From a virus (taxonomy: Duplodnaviria; Caudoviricetes): 64,000 nt of DNA. The stretch spans positions 8,950 to 72,949 of the IMG/VR virus record IMGVR_UViG_3300005937_000199; one strand, given 5' to 3'. A program made the position numbers and the translations under genes. The notes below the pieces were generated by a model. The model saw nothing but the letters and a program-made list of their open reading frames with translations, ran no database searches and was not told where the DNA came from. Below are positions 18,301-26,796 of this stretch, piece after piece; position 1 is the first letter of the stretch, and every line of letters starts with the position of its first letter.

Positions 18301-20116
18301 GATGCTCGGCTTCTATGGCGGGCCATTCGGCTTCGCTGGCGGCGGTGAGGTCAAGAAGCGCATCACCAAGATCGTCAAGGGCGCTGAGGGCCTGCTCGGG
18401 ACTGACGAGTTCGTTGATGTCGAAGAGACGCTGAAGGATCTCGCCGTCATCATGAGGAAGGTCCGCAACCTCGGCAAGATCACCAAGAAGGTCAAGCCGG
18501 TTGCTGAAGTGCTGGATGTGGCGACTCGCGAGGGTGGTCTGCTCGACCAGTTGCGAAGCGGGATTGAGCGGCGTGTTGCACAAGCCAGCTTGAAGCTGCG
18601 TCAGCGTACGCTCGCCGTCGTCGGTGGCACTCGGCGTGCACCGCGTGTTGGCGAGCAGTTGTCCGGCGAGGCGCTGGCAGGCGAGGAGTTGAAGCTCGCG
18701 CAGGAGCAGCGTGCCGACCTGCTGACCGAACAGCGGCAGATTGCCAGGGAACTTGAAGCTGCACAGCGACGACTGAAGCGTAAGAAGCTGAGCCGGACAC
18801 AGCGCAATCTGATCCAGGCGCAGGTCAACAACCTGCAAACCAGGATGGATGAGTCGCAGGACGCTGTGCAGCAGAACGTCGAAGACATCTTTGCTGCACA
18901 GGAAGCTGTCACTGCGGCGGCTGCCGAAGCGCTCCAGAAGCGGATCGATGAGCAGACCAAGCTTGTTGATGACATCAGGAGCCGGTTTGCTCGACGTACT
19001 GCGGCCAACGAGATCTTCCGGCGCATGGCGTCGGCACTCGGCAACGCGGACTGGCTGAGGTCGATCAACGCTGAGCAGAGCAACATCCTCACGCAGCAGG
19101 CCAACGAGCTTGAGGGCCGCATCGCTGCTGCCCGTGGAGCCGGTGCCAACGAACTTGCTGATCAGCTTGAGCAGGATGTTGCTGATCTGCGTGCCCAGGT
19201 GTTCGAGTTGGCGCAGCAGGCGATCAAGGATGCAGTGGACGCTATCAACAACGCTGCTACTCGAAGACTAGGCCACCTCGATCTCTTCCAGCGCATGGCA
19301 GACGTGGTTGGCACCATCGGTGGCGCGGTTGGCTTCAGCCCGCTCGTGTCTGGTCTGATCGGGCAAGGCCCGCTCAACCGGCAGGGCATCCTCCAGCAGC
19401 GGGGTGCAGCACTCTCGCAGCAGTACGGTGGACTCGTTGGCCAGCTTGGCGCTGCACAGACGGCTGGCAATGTCGGCCTGGTGGCTGAACTTACCGACCA
19501 GCTTGCTGAGCTTGAAGTCGCGATGGCCGAGAACACGAAGGCGCAGCGTGATCTCAAGGAGTCGCAGGCGGCTGAGGCGTTCGACTACAACACGTCGATC
19601 ATCGATCTGAAGACGCAGTTGCTAGATGCCACTGATGCTGTCACTGGCCAGACATCGACGGCTGAGAAGCTAGCGCTGGTGCAGGAAAAGCAAGCGCTCC
19701 TGGTGGCCCGTGGCAACGAGCTTCAACAGTTCCTCAACGACGCCAAAGCACGCGGCGACGACAAGGCTGTGCAGGATCTCACCAAGCAGCTACTTGAAAA
19801 CCAGATTGCCACGGTCAACAACACGAAGGCGATCAACGAGGTCACCGGCCAGGGCCAGGCTCCGCAGTCGTTCTCCTCACCCATGTGGCAGTGGTTCCGG
19901 ACGGCGCTGTTCGGCGGGACGGGCAACATCCTCCCGCAGTACCAGTTGCCAAGCTCCTCGATGGCCTTCACGTCCGGCAACACTTCTACCGCCACCACCA
20001 GCAACGGTGGCAACACTTACAACACCACCATCGAAGTCAATGAGGCTGGTGGGCCTGTTGATCCCACCCAAATCGGAAGCGCGGTCGTGTTCGCTCAGTC
20101 AACGGCATCCAACTAG
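12380..20116 (+). CDS. tape measure protein with internal M15-like peptidase and SLT transglycosylase domains
   Basis: 2578 aa, helical, with TM segments. SDHKWGGAID...HIHLSW at about 17290-17610; RESGFDPNAVNNWDINAQRGDPSKGLIQTI...NPLDNVLAAIRY at about 17880-18100. Confidence 0.92.
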   Translation: MNEMEYILRIVLRARDELAAGLAKARTQIRGFKNDIEGMDKATANLNKTLHDFDGNMANITKKLDAWRSTLRGIDKDGKDLAKTFDGVGKAAEASARKTVQVARTQEQLQKQARALRDEVRELHKARQQEAVDADFAATKYKSLAKQLQEVSLRMSDAARTKSPAHYWAQEATEAAEQIKDVNKEIESDLRDHEARKRKVKQDALAQEKRTAREVVSFWQELHKELVKDEEAHAAAVSKIHQDEADQAVRIEQARHQREAEIRRTADAADRRLAEAKRKREEENAARQVELARMQGRLAAITERARAGRRTADDATELRQLAKDYDRLAQSVKHNHEEFRRWAGQAQRIRTYLTALGHDADRNTSRFGRFSAALRGSGDNIATLDNRLRGIILLGVAAFLEQLITAVAGLGGELVALAGSAAQAGGALGGILAAGAAQALPVIGLLAGAVSRVNSVMEAFQQNQKLQQAQATDAEKGQQKAIDQANALASAHDQVASANERLTEARKDLTKAQKDGQEQLEDLTLAEKEAALAARGAALNVKDAQEALRQAVAGGASATEVQQRQLAVEEAKLAATKAGRDARRARGERAAAGGDIGNLEGVQNAAKAVKDAERAAASAGRGLEQAEDKANRAAGSTMTAAANLNYLLSQMSPAERKLYTALNRIYKDYQKIFIGDRKKSGIYGTIISSFADAVNRVDQIMKMPRVRRTLQSLSNEIGRQIRKVTSALTSEGELDQLMQITKDARENLGPITDMAIKLADAFTNIAVTANPAFQALLEYLGPIVDKFLALTEDSDKMEDFFSTGEEHLEAWLDLLGAIGGLFAALFGASADTGKKSVEDLTKTIKDWTDWIESHRDRVQKFFEDAYKVVKLIGGVLEELAVQLAETFNPEHLEKFAKFFEDTLLPAVFGFIRTVGDLTDIVLTFVNTGIGSFITKAGIFLVLFGVMSSSILGVVGNIKKMIGIFGSAVTALGKLGGAADEVGDALGGLGDEDEDDDGRKRKRKRKVRPRAAPRAPTPPPPTPAPGGGAPKAGGLGGLLRGFGGGAAAGAGGAAGAAAAPAAAGAAVPLGIAAAVLLAVAAVGLLLDHFGKLDDVWKGIKDTANEFMEDIEPAVKTLQDALDDLGIHFGSLEDVIDGVWKVLEGLAEFISVYLIETIKGLGKVIGGVVTGLIYIISGVINLIHGVVDVLIGFGRIIVGIFTLDWDQIKKGLNQILDGLEEMVKGAIQILGGIIIGIIKIFEGLWKLFLTPFKAAWAAVKKWFGIDSPSKKAIELAEAIIDGIKEGLKALGRALTWPFRKAWGLIKDIFGAEKVEKFGKDVIGFLADGFRKGVDVVKKGATWVWGRVKEAFGKALEFGKNIAGAIVDGLKTLPDLLKDAVEAVGSKFIDVGKKIGGKIVEGVKSVVSFINPFDDDDDKKKKPAPKQQPTQRQNATRANVDQAVIPFGAKDLETAQTMWSEFWKQMRASAKSGTDAIQREFRQMRISTTQSADRMYRDIRASIADIQNSFRTRSTSILNNWTDKWYNIDKVAHDGLSYIARETNKALKGLDEKQVSFGLAAPKKADDGKAAGGFIGRMGQRGRDRGFYALGAGEAVLNWMHQRVVEPAMNAFYGFGLNEMFGRTRGHHAGGPGQGGFAAGGIVPIPGFPGESIHSSILGDVLKLVKQYKLTIYDGLGGSPPHAANSDHKWGGAIDAGPGPGGSWDLVDKLAAWAEPTQGNPRSPFRWVGYNGDPNHGRGNHIHLSWIKGKTLGAVGDIVTTIMRRIVTGDDGSLKTIIQSALDKTRKVANKFLDSKATIPVTEGYEGKKVKGVLTEAQVQSTIRKALNILDITTSVALWVKALTRQAHRESGFDPNAVNNWDINAQRGDPSKGLIQTIGATFSRFKFPGHDNIFNPLDNVLAAIRYIIATYGGGDADRGAQVIWGRGGGAYREGGVVPGGDGQPRHIMAHAGEWVLNKIQQSRVANMLGLSRGGLGSMLGFYGGPFGFAGGGEVKKRITKIVKGAEGLLGTDEFVDVEETLKDLAVIMRKVRNLGKITKKVKPVAEVLDVATREGGLLDQLRSGIERRVAQASLKLRQRTLAVVGGTRRAPRVGEQLSGEALAGEELKLAQEQRADLLTEQRQIARELEAAQRRLKRKKLSRTQRNLIQAQVNNLQTRMDESQDAVQQNVEDIFAAQEAVTAAAAEALQKRIDEQTKLVDDIRSRFARRTAANEIFRRMASALGNADWLRSINAEQSNILTQQANELEGRIAAARGAGANELADQLEQDVADLRAQVFELAQQAIKDAVDAINNAATRRLGHLDLFQRMADVVGTIGGAVGFSPLVSGLIGQGPLNRQGILQQRGAALSQQYGGLVGQLGAAQTAGNVGLVAELTDQLAELEVAMAENTKAQRDLKESQAAEAFDYNTSIIDLKTQLLDATDAVTGQTSTAEKLALVQEKQALLVARGNELQQFLNDAKARGDDKAVQDLTKQLLENQIATVNNTKAINEVTGQGQAPQSFSSPMWQWFRTALFGGTGNILPQYQLPSSSMAFTSGNTSTATTSNGGNTYNTTIEVNEAGGPVDPTQIGSAVVFAQSTASN

Positions 20117-20128
20117 GAGACAAGGAGC

Positions 20129-21241
20129 ATGTCAAGGGATTGTTACGAAACCACGGTCGCGTTGCCGGACGCGACTGGCGTGCTGAAGGCGCTTGCAGGC
20201 GTCAAGGTGTCCGTGGTGCCACGCGCCGCCCAGGACGTGCCGAACTCTCTGGTCGATGTGTTCGTGAGCGATACCGGCGCGACTCGCGGCCCCGACCCGA
20301 AGTGCGGAGCTACTGGTACCAACCCGATGACCACTTCGGCCTCGGGCGCAATCCGCTTTTGGGCGGAAGGCCCGTATGAGTACGATCTGGTGTTCGAGGA
20401 CACACAGGCTCCGGCGCGTATTGCCGACCGGGTGGGCTGGAACGCTGTCCCGGCCAAGGCGGGGTCGATTCCGACAAGCTTCTTGGCAGAGGATGCCGGG
20501 ATCACGCAGAAGATGCTCGGCCCGGTCGTCGTCCGCCAGCAGGTTCCCATCGGCTGCGTGATCGAGTGGTGGCGTCCGGCAGCATCCGGCGCAGCAGTGC
20601 CCTATCCGGATGGCTTCGAGGTCGCTGACGGTCACGCTGTCACTCAGCACGACTTCCCTGGCATCACGGGTGGCATTGCGGTGCCGAATCTCCAGAACGT
20701 CTTCATCCTCGGTGCCAGTACCAATAAGGCTGATGGTGCTGGCGCAGCGCAGACCAACGCAGCGACCGATGGCCCTGGCATCCGTGGTCCGGGTGGCTCG
20801 AATGCGGGCAGGAATCTTGCTCACGGTCACACGACTCCGCAGGCCGATCACTGGCATTACTTCGACGTGCCGAACCACTACCACCTCGCGGGTGCTCTCA
20901 CCACTGCCGACCACTTGCACAGTGGCGGCTCGTTGTACGTCAACGGGCACAATCGCTACGCCAATGCACAGTGGGGTGGCAGCAACGAGGCACACGCGCT
21001 GGCCAATTCCATCTCCGGCATCGGCGGCGGTACCACGGGTGCCGCAGATCGCACCCTGACGGTCGGTGGCAACACGGACTGGGTGTCTGGTGCCAACCGC
21101 TCGACTACGCTCTGGTTGAGCAGCAGTTCTGGCATTGGCAACGTGGCTTCCAATGGCACCACGTGGACGGCCGACCCCGGCACCGACTTCCGACCGCAGT
21201 TCTACGGCCTGCTCCGGCTGATCAAGGTAAGGAGGGCATGA
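20129..21241 (+). CDS. tail fibre protein with collar domain and HxH metal-binding repeats
   Basis: VPIGCVIEW...PDGFEVADG...VPNLQNVFILGA collar motif; HGH, HWH, HYH and HLH motifs. Confidence 0.75.
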   Translation: MSRDCYETTVALPDATGVLKALAGVKVSVVPRAAQDVPNSLVDVFVSDTGATRGPDPKCGATGTNPMTTSASGAIRFWAEGPYEYDLVFEDTQAPARIADRVGWNAVPAKAGSIPTSFLAEDAGITQKMLGPVVVRQQVPIGCVIEWWRPAASGAAVPYPDGFEVADGHAVTQHDFPGITGGIAVPNLQNVFILGASTNKADGAGAAQTNAATDGPGIRGPGGSNAGRNLAHGHTTPQADHWHYFDVPNHYHLAGALTTADHLHSGGSLYVNGHNRYANAQWGGSNEAHALANSISGIGGGTTGAADRTLTVGGNTDWVSGANRSTTLWLSSSSGIGNVASNGTTWTADPGTDFRPQFYGLLRLIKVRRA

Positions 21242-21495
21242 TGGAGAGCGAAGACATGAGTCAGTACCTCACCGAAGACCCGGACTTCGAGCTACCGCCT
21301 CCGGTGGAACTGCCTGTTGAGCCGGTTGTCAAGTTCAACCCGGTGCCACCGCCAGTGGAGAGCATCGGTAAGGGCGACCACTTCGAGGCCGAGACGGCGA
21401 TGATCGCCTACAAGGCTGGCAAGCCGCTTCAGGACGGAGAGCCGACCCCGCCGCCACCCCCGCCGCCGCCACACCCTGAGCAACTGCCCTCCTAG
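21238..21495 (+). CDS. small Pro-rich hypothetical protein
   Basis: AAGGAGG RBS; overlaps the stop of the upstream gene. Confidence 0.65.
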   Translation: MMESEDMSQYLTEDPDFELPPPVELPVEPVVKFNPVPPPVESIGKGDHFEAETAMIAYKAGKPLQDGEPTPPPPPPPPHPEQLPS

Positions 21496-21501
21496 ACGAT
21501 C

Positions 21502-24500
21502 ATGCCCGCCGCCCCAACCATCACATCGCTGCAAACGGTGCTCGCCGGTCTAGCCGGTGGTAGCCCGTCTGGCAGTCTCACTGGCACCAAGAAGTCCGGC
21601 CCGACCGGCATCGAGTCGATCATCGAGTACCGGAGCAAGTCGCCGGTCTATCTCAATGTGGCCGATTGGGTGGACACGTTCCTCGTGATCACCATCAACG
21701 GACTTGACAGTGCTGACCTGCGCGCCTCGGCTACGCCGAACCCTGGCGAGCATGGTGAGACGCCGAACGATGCGCTGTGGGGCGGGCGGACACTCGTGCT
21801 GGTGGGCAAGCAGTTCGCACACACGATCTGGAAGCTGCGCGATATGCAGCAGGGGCTTCGCGCATCCTTCCTGGAGATCAAGACCGAGTACCCGCTGATC
21901 TTCCACGCCGCCGACCCGGCCAACGATCTGATGATCATGTGCAGGCTGGCTGACAAGATCAACATCCCGGATCAGCAGACGACGCGCAACGAGTACCAAC
22001 GCGACTTCCAGATCCCGTTGCGCGCCAGCAACCCGCGCTTCCTCAGCGTGATCCGCCAAATCGCGGCGATGACGGACCTGTCGTCGGTGGTCATGTTCAC
22101 GACCGACAATGTGCCGACCGTCGAGAACTTCACGCTGCCTGCTGGATTGCTATCAAGCTACACAGCACAAGGTGACGGCTTCACGCAGGGCAGCGACTAC
22201 CTGATCCAAGCTGACACGTTGCGCAACATGATCACCAACCCGCGTGGTGATGGTGCTTCGGGTCCGCTGCAAGCCGTGAGCGGCAACTACGACTGGGATG
22301 TCGGTCCTGGTACTGGTGTCGGCAACATCACCGTGCAAGCTGCTGGTGGGCCGTACATCCTGACTGTCAACTCACCTGCCTATGAGATGACAGTGGCGGG
22401 CAGCGCATCGCGCGTCCAGGGTGAGATCGAATTCCAGACGGTCGGTGGCGCGCTCGGTTCGCCGGTTAGCGGCGGTGAGAAGCTGCGCATCACCGGCTGG
22501 ATCACCTTCCCCACGACGCCTGCACCGGAAGTTGCAGTTGGCGTGGCAGTGCGTTGGTGGATCTATCCGCAGGTTGCGGGGCCGGTTCGTGTGCTGGCAC
22601 CAGTTCCATTGACAGACGCAGGCTACGTGCTCCCTGCTCAGGCGTGGAGTAATTCCGGTTGGTATCGCATCGACACGACGATCACGGTCCCCTCGCAGGC
22701 AGGCGTCAACGCCTTCCCAGCACCACTGATCTACTTCCAGTGCCCGAATGGCAACAAGATCGCTACCACCTTCAAGGTGCGCGTCTCCGAGCCGATGCTC
22801 GATCTCGACCGTGGTCCGACGCGCGGTGCGTCGTACGGCGATGGCACATTCGTTGGTTGGATGTATGAAGGTCAGGCCAAAAATTCGATCTCGCGCCGTC
22901 GTATGACGGTTGCCAACATGCTGTCCAACACCAGGGCGTACTTGCTCAACCCGCCTGACATCGGTGTTGCTCAGGTCAGCTTCGGCGGCATTCAGGACTG
23001 GGGCCGAATTCAGGACGCCACACCGGCCAATATGAACAACTACGTTGCTCATGACACCTGGTGGTATCTGGAGAGCAACGGGGCCGGACAAGCGGGTGCA
23101 GCGGTGCCCGTTCCGCCAGCCGATGAACTGCGCAAGCCGATGACGTTCAACAGCGGCTCGGTGCGTGTGGCTGAGAAGACTCCATACAGCTTCAGCTTCT
23201 ATGTGCGCGCCGCAACGGTGCCACGGCGGATCTACGTCCGCTTCGTGTTCGGTGGCACCGGCAACGGCGTCGTTCTGCCAGATGCCGTGCGACTTGTTAC
23301 TTCGGTTCCGGCTCAGGTACATGGTGCTGATGGCAAGGATGCAGTCGGTGAGTGGCGACGTTTTTGGGCTGATGTGACCACGCCTGCTGGGGCGGTCGAG
23401 GCGTTCGCGCAGATCTACTTCAGCACCGACGATGTGAATCCCATCCCGGCTGGTGAACGGCACTACGTCAGTGCAGTGATGTTCCGTGGTGGCGCAGGCC
23501 CTCGTCCCTATATCGATGGCTCCGGCACTGTCATGGGTACGCGACCGACGCCCGATTACACCTGGGCTGGTACTGCCTGGGCCAGTCCGACGCTCGGGCC
23601 ATGGGGCACGCGCAACCTGCTCGCTGACAGCGATAACAACAAGCCTGATACAACGACCTACACGCCCGTGTCCAGCACGCTGGTGAAGGTGTCCTCTGGC
23701 GGTGCTGGTGGTGCGGGCGGTGCGTTCGTGCGTGCGACCTATGACGCGACATCGGGTGGCACTTCGATGGGCCTCTCGAACAACGCCTTCGTTGCCGAGC
23801 GCGTTCAGCACACTGTCATGGCGCATGTCAAGATCCCGCAGGGGAAGATCGGTGGGCGCAAGGTCGCACTCGATGTCTGGTGGTACCAGGACACGGTGAC
23901 GCCAGCTACCAAGCTGGGTGCTGCAACGTCACCGGACTTCTTCATCAGCAACGACTGGACGCAGATCAAGATGGAGAACGTGATCGTGCCTGACAAGGCG
24001 ACGATTGCGGCGCTGCGAGTCGTGTTGCGGGACCCGATGCCTGGCGACCAGCTTGATATCGACCGGATGGCGGTGATCAACCTGCCGACCGCTGCCAGTT
24101 GGTTTGGCATGAACGCCGAGTTCACCCGACCAGCCGATCCAGCTTCCTCATACGGCGAGGCGTTCCGCTACAACTACACGGTCGCTCAGACCTCGCGCAA
24201 CTTCACGGAGTGCCAACAGACGGTCAAGTTGTTGCTGCCGCTGACGAACACGGGTGTCGATGACATGGTGCACCTGACGGTCGCCTACGTCGATGATGAC
24301 AACCAGATTTACGTCACGCTGGAGAATCCGAACGTGCTGGCGATCATCCGGCGCGATCTCGGTGTGGTCACTACCTTGGCGACGATGACGGTTGCCGACC
24401 AACTGAACAACGCTCCGTACTACGTCCGCGCTCGGCTCTCCGATGGCGTGGTCTTCGCTGAGTCGGCCACCTACGATCTGGACGCGCCGCCTGCTGGCAG

Positions 24501-25578
24501 CGTGGCTCCTAACGCGCTCAAGGTCACGCTGGCTGACAACGACACCTTGAAGTACCAGGACGTGCTGTTGCCGATGCGGGTCGGCATTCAGGCGGTCGGT
24601 GGCAACTGGATTGTCGATGAGTGGCGCTACTACAGCCTGACCGAGCCACAGGGCTGGAACGTCTATCGCGGTAAGGGCACGATCACGGTCAAGGGCAGCA
24701 GGCTCGCGCCGCTCAACAAGGACGAGAAGCTGCTGACGCGCGCTGGACTGACCTACAAGGTTGCCGATGCGAAGATCTCGGCCAAGCTGCGCTACGAGAC
24801 GCAGCCGACAGCAGCCGAAGGCAGCTTCGATGGCGGTGTTGCTGCCAAGGTGCTTGACAAGGACAACTTCATCGCAGCGACGATTCTCGGCAAGGCGGTC
24901 GGCACGGCTGGCCTGGTGTCGATGAATCTCTACAAGGTTGACAACGGTGTCCGTAGCAATCTCGATATCGGCCAACTCGGTTCCTTCGCCGTGGCGACCG
25001 ACAACTGGGTTCGCATCGTCATGGTCGGCAACAGCATCACGGCTGAGCGTTGGACGACTGATCCGGCCTTGGGCGGTGCCCCGTATGACACGGTGACCAA
25101 CGTGCTGGCCGGAGCCGACGCGGCGAAGTTCGGCGCTGGCGTCAAGGGTGAGTTCGGGATCTACTGGCCCAACCCCCAGCCGGTCGGTGTGTGCTCGATA
25201 GACGACTTCTCGTTCACACTTGCCAACTTTGATGACATCGCCTACTCGATTCGCAACAACGGCAACTTCGAGGCACAAACGACGATCAGTCTGACCGGGC
25301 CGATGACCAACCCGCGTGTCACCAATGAGGCGAACAACACATCGTTCCTGATCAACGGGACGATCCCGACTGGCGAGGTGTGGGTGCTGGAGAACGACGG
25401 TCCCAGCAAGCGCATGTACCGCAAGAGCGACGGTGCCAACCGCTTCTCGTACCTCGATGCGACTTCGATGTGGATCATGCTGGAGCCGAACGGCGTGCCC
25501 AACAACATCCGGCTTACGGCAACTGCCCTGGCGGCTGGCTGGGATATGGGTGTCCAGTGGCGTCACACGTACATGTAA
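21502..25578 (+). CDS. distal tail protein (Dit) with a large insertion of carbohydrate-binding-like domains
   Basis: Dit-like N-terminus (INGLDS...WGGRTLVL) and C-terminus (NNGNFEAQTTISLTGPMTNPRV...WIMLEP...WRHTYM) flank about 900 aa of beta-rich sequence. Confidence 0.7.
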   Translation: MPAAPTITSLQTVLAGLAGGSPSGSLTGTKKSGPTGIESIIEYRSKSPVYLNVADWVDTFLVITINGLDSADLRASATPNPGEHGETPNDALWGGRTLVLVGKQFAHTIWKLRDMQQGLRASFLEIKTEYPLIFHAADPANDLMIMCRLADKINIPDQQTTRNEYQRDFQIPLRASNPRFLSVIRQIAAMTDLSSVVMFTTDNVPTVENFTLPAGLLSSYTAQGDGFTQGSDYLIQADTLRNMITNPRGDGASGPLQAVSGNYDWDVGPGTGVGNITVQAAGGPYILTVNSPAYEMTVAGSASRVQGEIEFQTVGGALGSPVSGGEKLRITGWITFPTTPAPEVAVGVAVRWWIYPQVAGPVRVLAPVPLTDAGYVLPAQAWSNSGWYRIDTTITVPSQAGVNAFPAPLIYFQCPNGNKIATTFKVRVSEPMLDLDRGPTRGASYGDGTFVGWMYEGQAKNSISRRRMTVANMLSNTRAYLLNPPDIGVAQVSFGGIQDWGRIQDATPANMNNYVAHDTWWYLESNGAGQAGAAVPVPPADELRKPMTFNSGSVRVAEKTPYSFSFYVRAATVPRRIYVRFVFGGTGNGVVLPDAVRLVTSVPAQVHGADGKDAVGEWRRFWADVTTPAGAVEAFAQIYFSTDDVNPIPAGERHYVSAVMFRGGAGPRPYIDGSGTVMGTRPTPDYTWAGTAWASPTLGPWGTRNLLADSDNNKPDTTTYTPVSSTLVKVSSGGAGGAGGAFVRATYDATSGGTSMGLSNNAFVAERVQHTVMAHVKIPQGKIGGRKVALDVWWYQDTVTPATKLGAATSPDFFISNDWTQIKMENVIVPDKATIAALRVVLRDPMPGDQLDIDRMAVINLPTAASWFGMNAEFTRPADPASSYGEAFRYNYTVAQTSRNFTECQQTVKLLLPLTNTGVDDMVHLTVAYVDDDNQIYVTLENPNVLAIIRRDLGVVTTLATMTVADQLNNAPYYVRARLSDGVVFAESATYDLDAPPAGSVAPNALKVTLADNDTLKYQDVLLPMRVGIQAVGGNWIVDEWRYYSLTEPQGWNVYRGKGTITVKGSRLAPLNKDEKLLTRAGLTYKVADAKISAKLRYETQPTAAEGSFDGGVAAKVLDKDNFIAATILGKAVGTAGLVSMNLYKVDNGVRSNLDIGQLGSFAVATDNWVRIVMVGNSITAERWTTDPALGGAPYDTVTNVLAGADAAKFGAGVKGEFGIYWPNPQPVGVCSIDDFSFTLANFDDIAYSIRNNGNFEAQTTISLTGPMTNPRVTNEANNTSFLINGTIPTGEVWVLENDGPSKRMYRKSDGANRFSYLDATSMWIMLEPNGVPNNIRLTATALAAGWDMGVQWRHTYM

Positions 25579-25584
25579 ATCGAG

Positions 25585-26796
25585 ATGACAAAATGGCGCT
25601 TCAACTTGCGGTACTCCAAAGACCTGTCGCTGATCGGGGAGTTGACCGCTGCCCGCAACAAGTCGCTGAACCTGTCGCATAACTCGCCTGGCTCTGCCAA
25701 CTGGGATTACTCGATGAGCGGCCAGTACAGCAACCTGATCACGCCGTACTCGACAGCGATCAGCGCCGAGCGCTACAACTGGCGGGCGACCAAGGTGCTC
25801 AACGACGCAGGTACCAAGGGTCAGGTGTGGGACTGGATCTGGTCCGGCTTTGTCATGCCGATTGACGAGGACTGGACCAACGACACGATGAAGATCTCGT
25901 GCATGGGCTGGGCGCAGCGCATGGCAATGAGGATGATCCGGCGTGACAAGACGTGGACCGGCGTCGATGATGCGACGATCTTCCAGGACACGCTGGCCGA
26001 GATGAACCTGGCCAACATCCCCTACCAGGACGGCTCGACCTATCCGGTGCCCACGGTGATTGGATCGAATCCTGCTACGCCAACATGGATGGCATGGGGC
26101 GGGACGATGCCGAACGAGGGTGCGGGCGGCGCGACAGCCTACCTCGCACGCACAGCCGCACAGATCAACGCGCCGATTACGGTGACGAAGCAGCGCTTCC
26201 AGATGGTGATGCCGATCTGGAACGAGCTATCAGACCTTGAGTCCGGCTGCGACTGGTGGGTTGATCCACGTACCAGGTTGCTTTACATCTATCGCAAGAA
26301 GTGCACGGTGCGCAACCACGTCGTGGCGTTCAAGTGGGGGCCAAACAACCTCGGCCAGTTCACGCGCAACATCGCCGCCGATCAGAAGACCAACTGCCAC
26401 ATCACCACAGGTCAGCAGGGCCTCGCTCCCGGCATCGCGGACAACACGGCCGACCAGGCGGTCAACGGCCTGATCGACGGCCTGACGCAGTTGTCGGATG
26501 TCAACAACACTAGCATCTTGATTGCCAACTCTGGTGCGGAGATCATCCTCCGTGCCAACGGCAAGATCACGTACGGCATCACGCCGTTCGCCTACGTGGG
26601 CGACATCAACCGCGTGCCGAACTCGGTGCCTGAGCCGTTCGTGGACTACGATCCGGTATGGGACGAACTCAAGTTGACTGCCATCCACCCGTATCGTGGC
26701 TCGATCAACCTTCAGACCGTACGCTGCTACGGCTGCCAGGTCAACATCGATGAGGAGAACAACGAGCAGTTGTCCTCGCTTCAGGTGGCACCATGA
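25585..26796 (+). CDS. minor tail / baseplate hub protein
   Basis: Follows Dit; LSLIGELT...LNLSHNSPGSANW pattern typical of actinophage hub proteins. Confidence 0.65.
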   Translation: MTKWRFNLRYSKDLSLIGELTAARNKSLNLSHNSPGSANWDYSMSGQYSNLITPYSTAISAERYNWRATKVLNDAGTKGQVWDWIWSGFVMPIDEDWTNDTMKISCMGWAQRMAMRMIRRDKTWTGVDDATIFQDTLAEMNLANIPYQDGSTYPVPTVIGSNPATPTWMAWGGTMPNEGAGGATAYLARTAAQINAPITVTKQRFQMVMPIWNELSDLESGCDWWVDPRTRLLYIYRKKCTVRNHVVAFKWGPNNLGQFTRNIAADQKTNCHITTGQQGLAPGIADNTADQAVNGLIDGLTQLSDVNNTSILIANSGAEIILRANGKITYGITPFAYVGDINRVPNSVPEPFVDYDPVWDELKLTAIHPYRGSINLQTVRCYGCQVNIDEENNEQLSSLQVAP

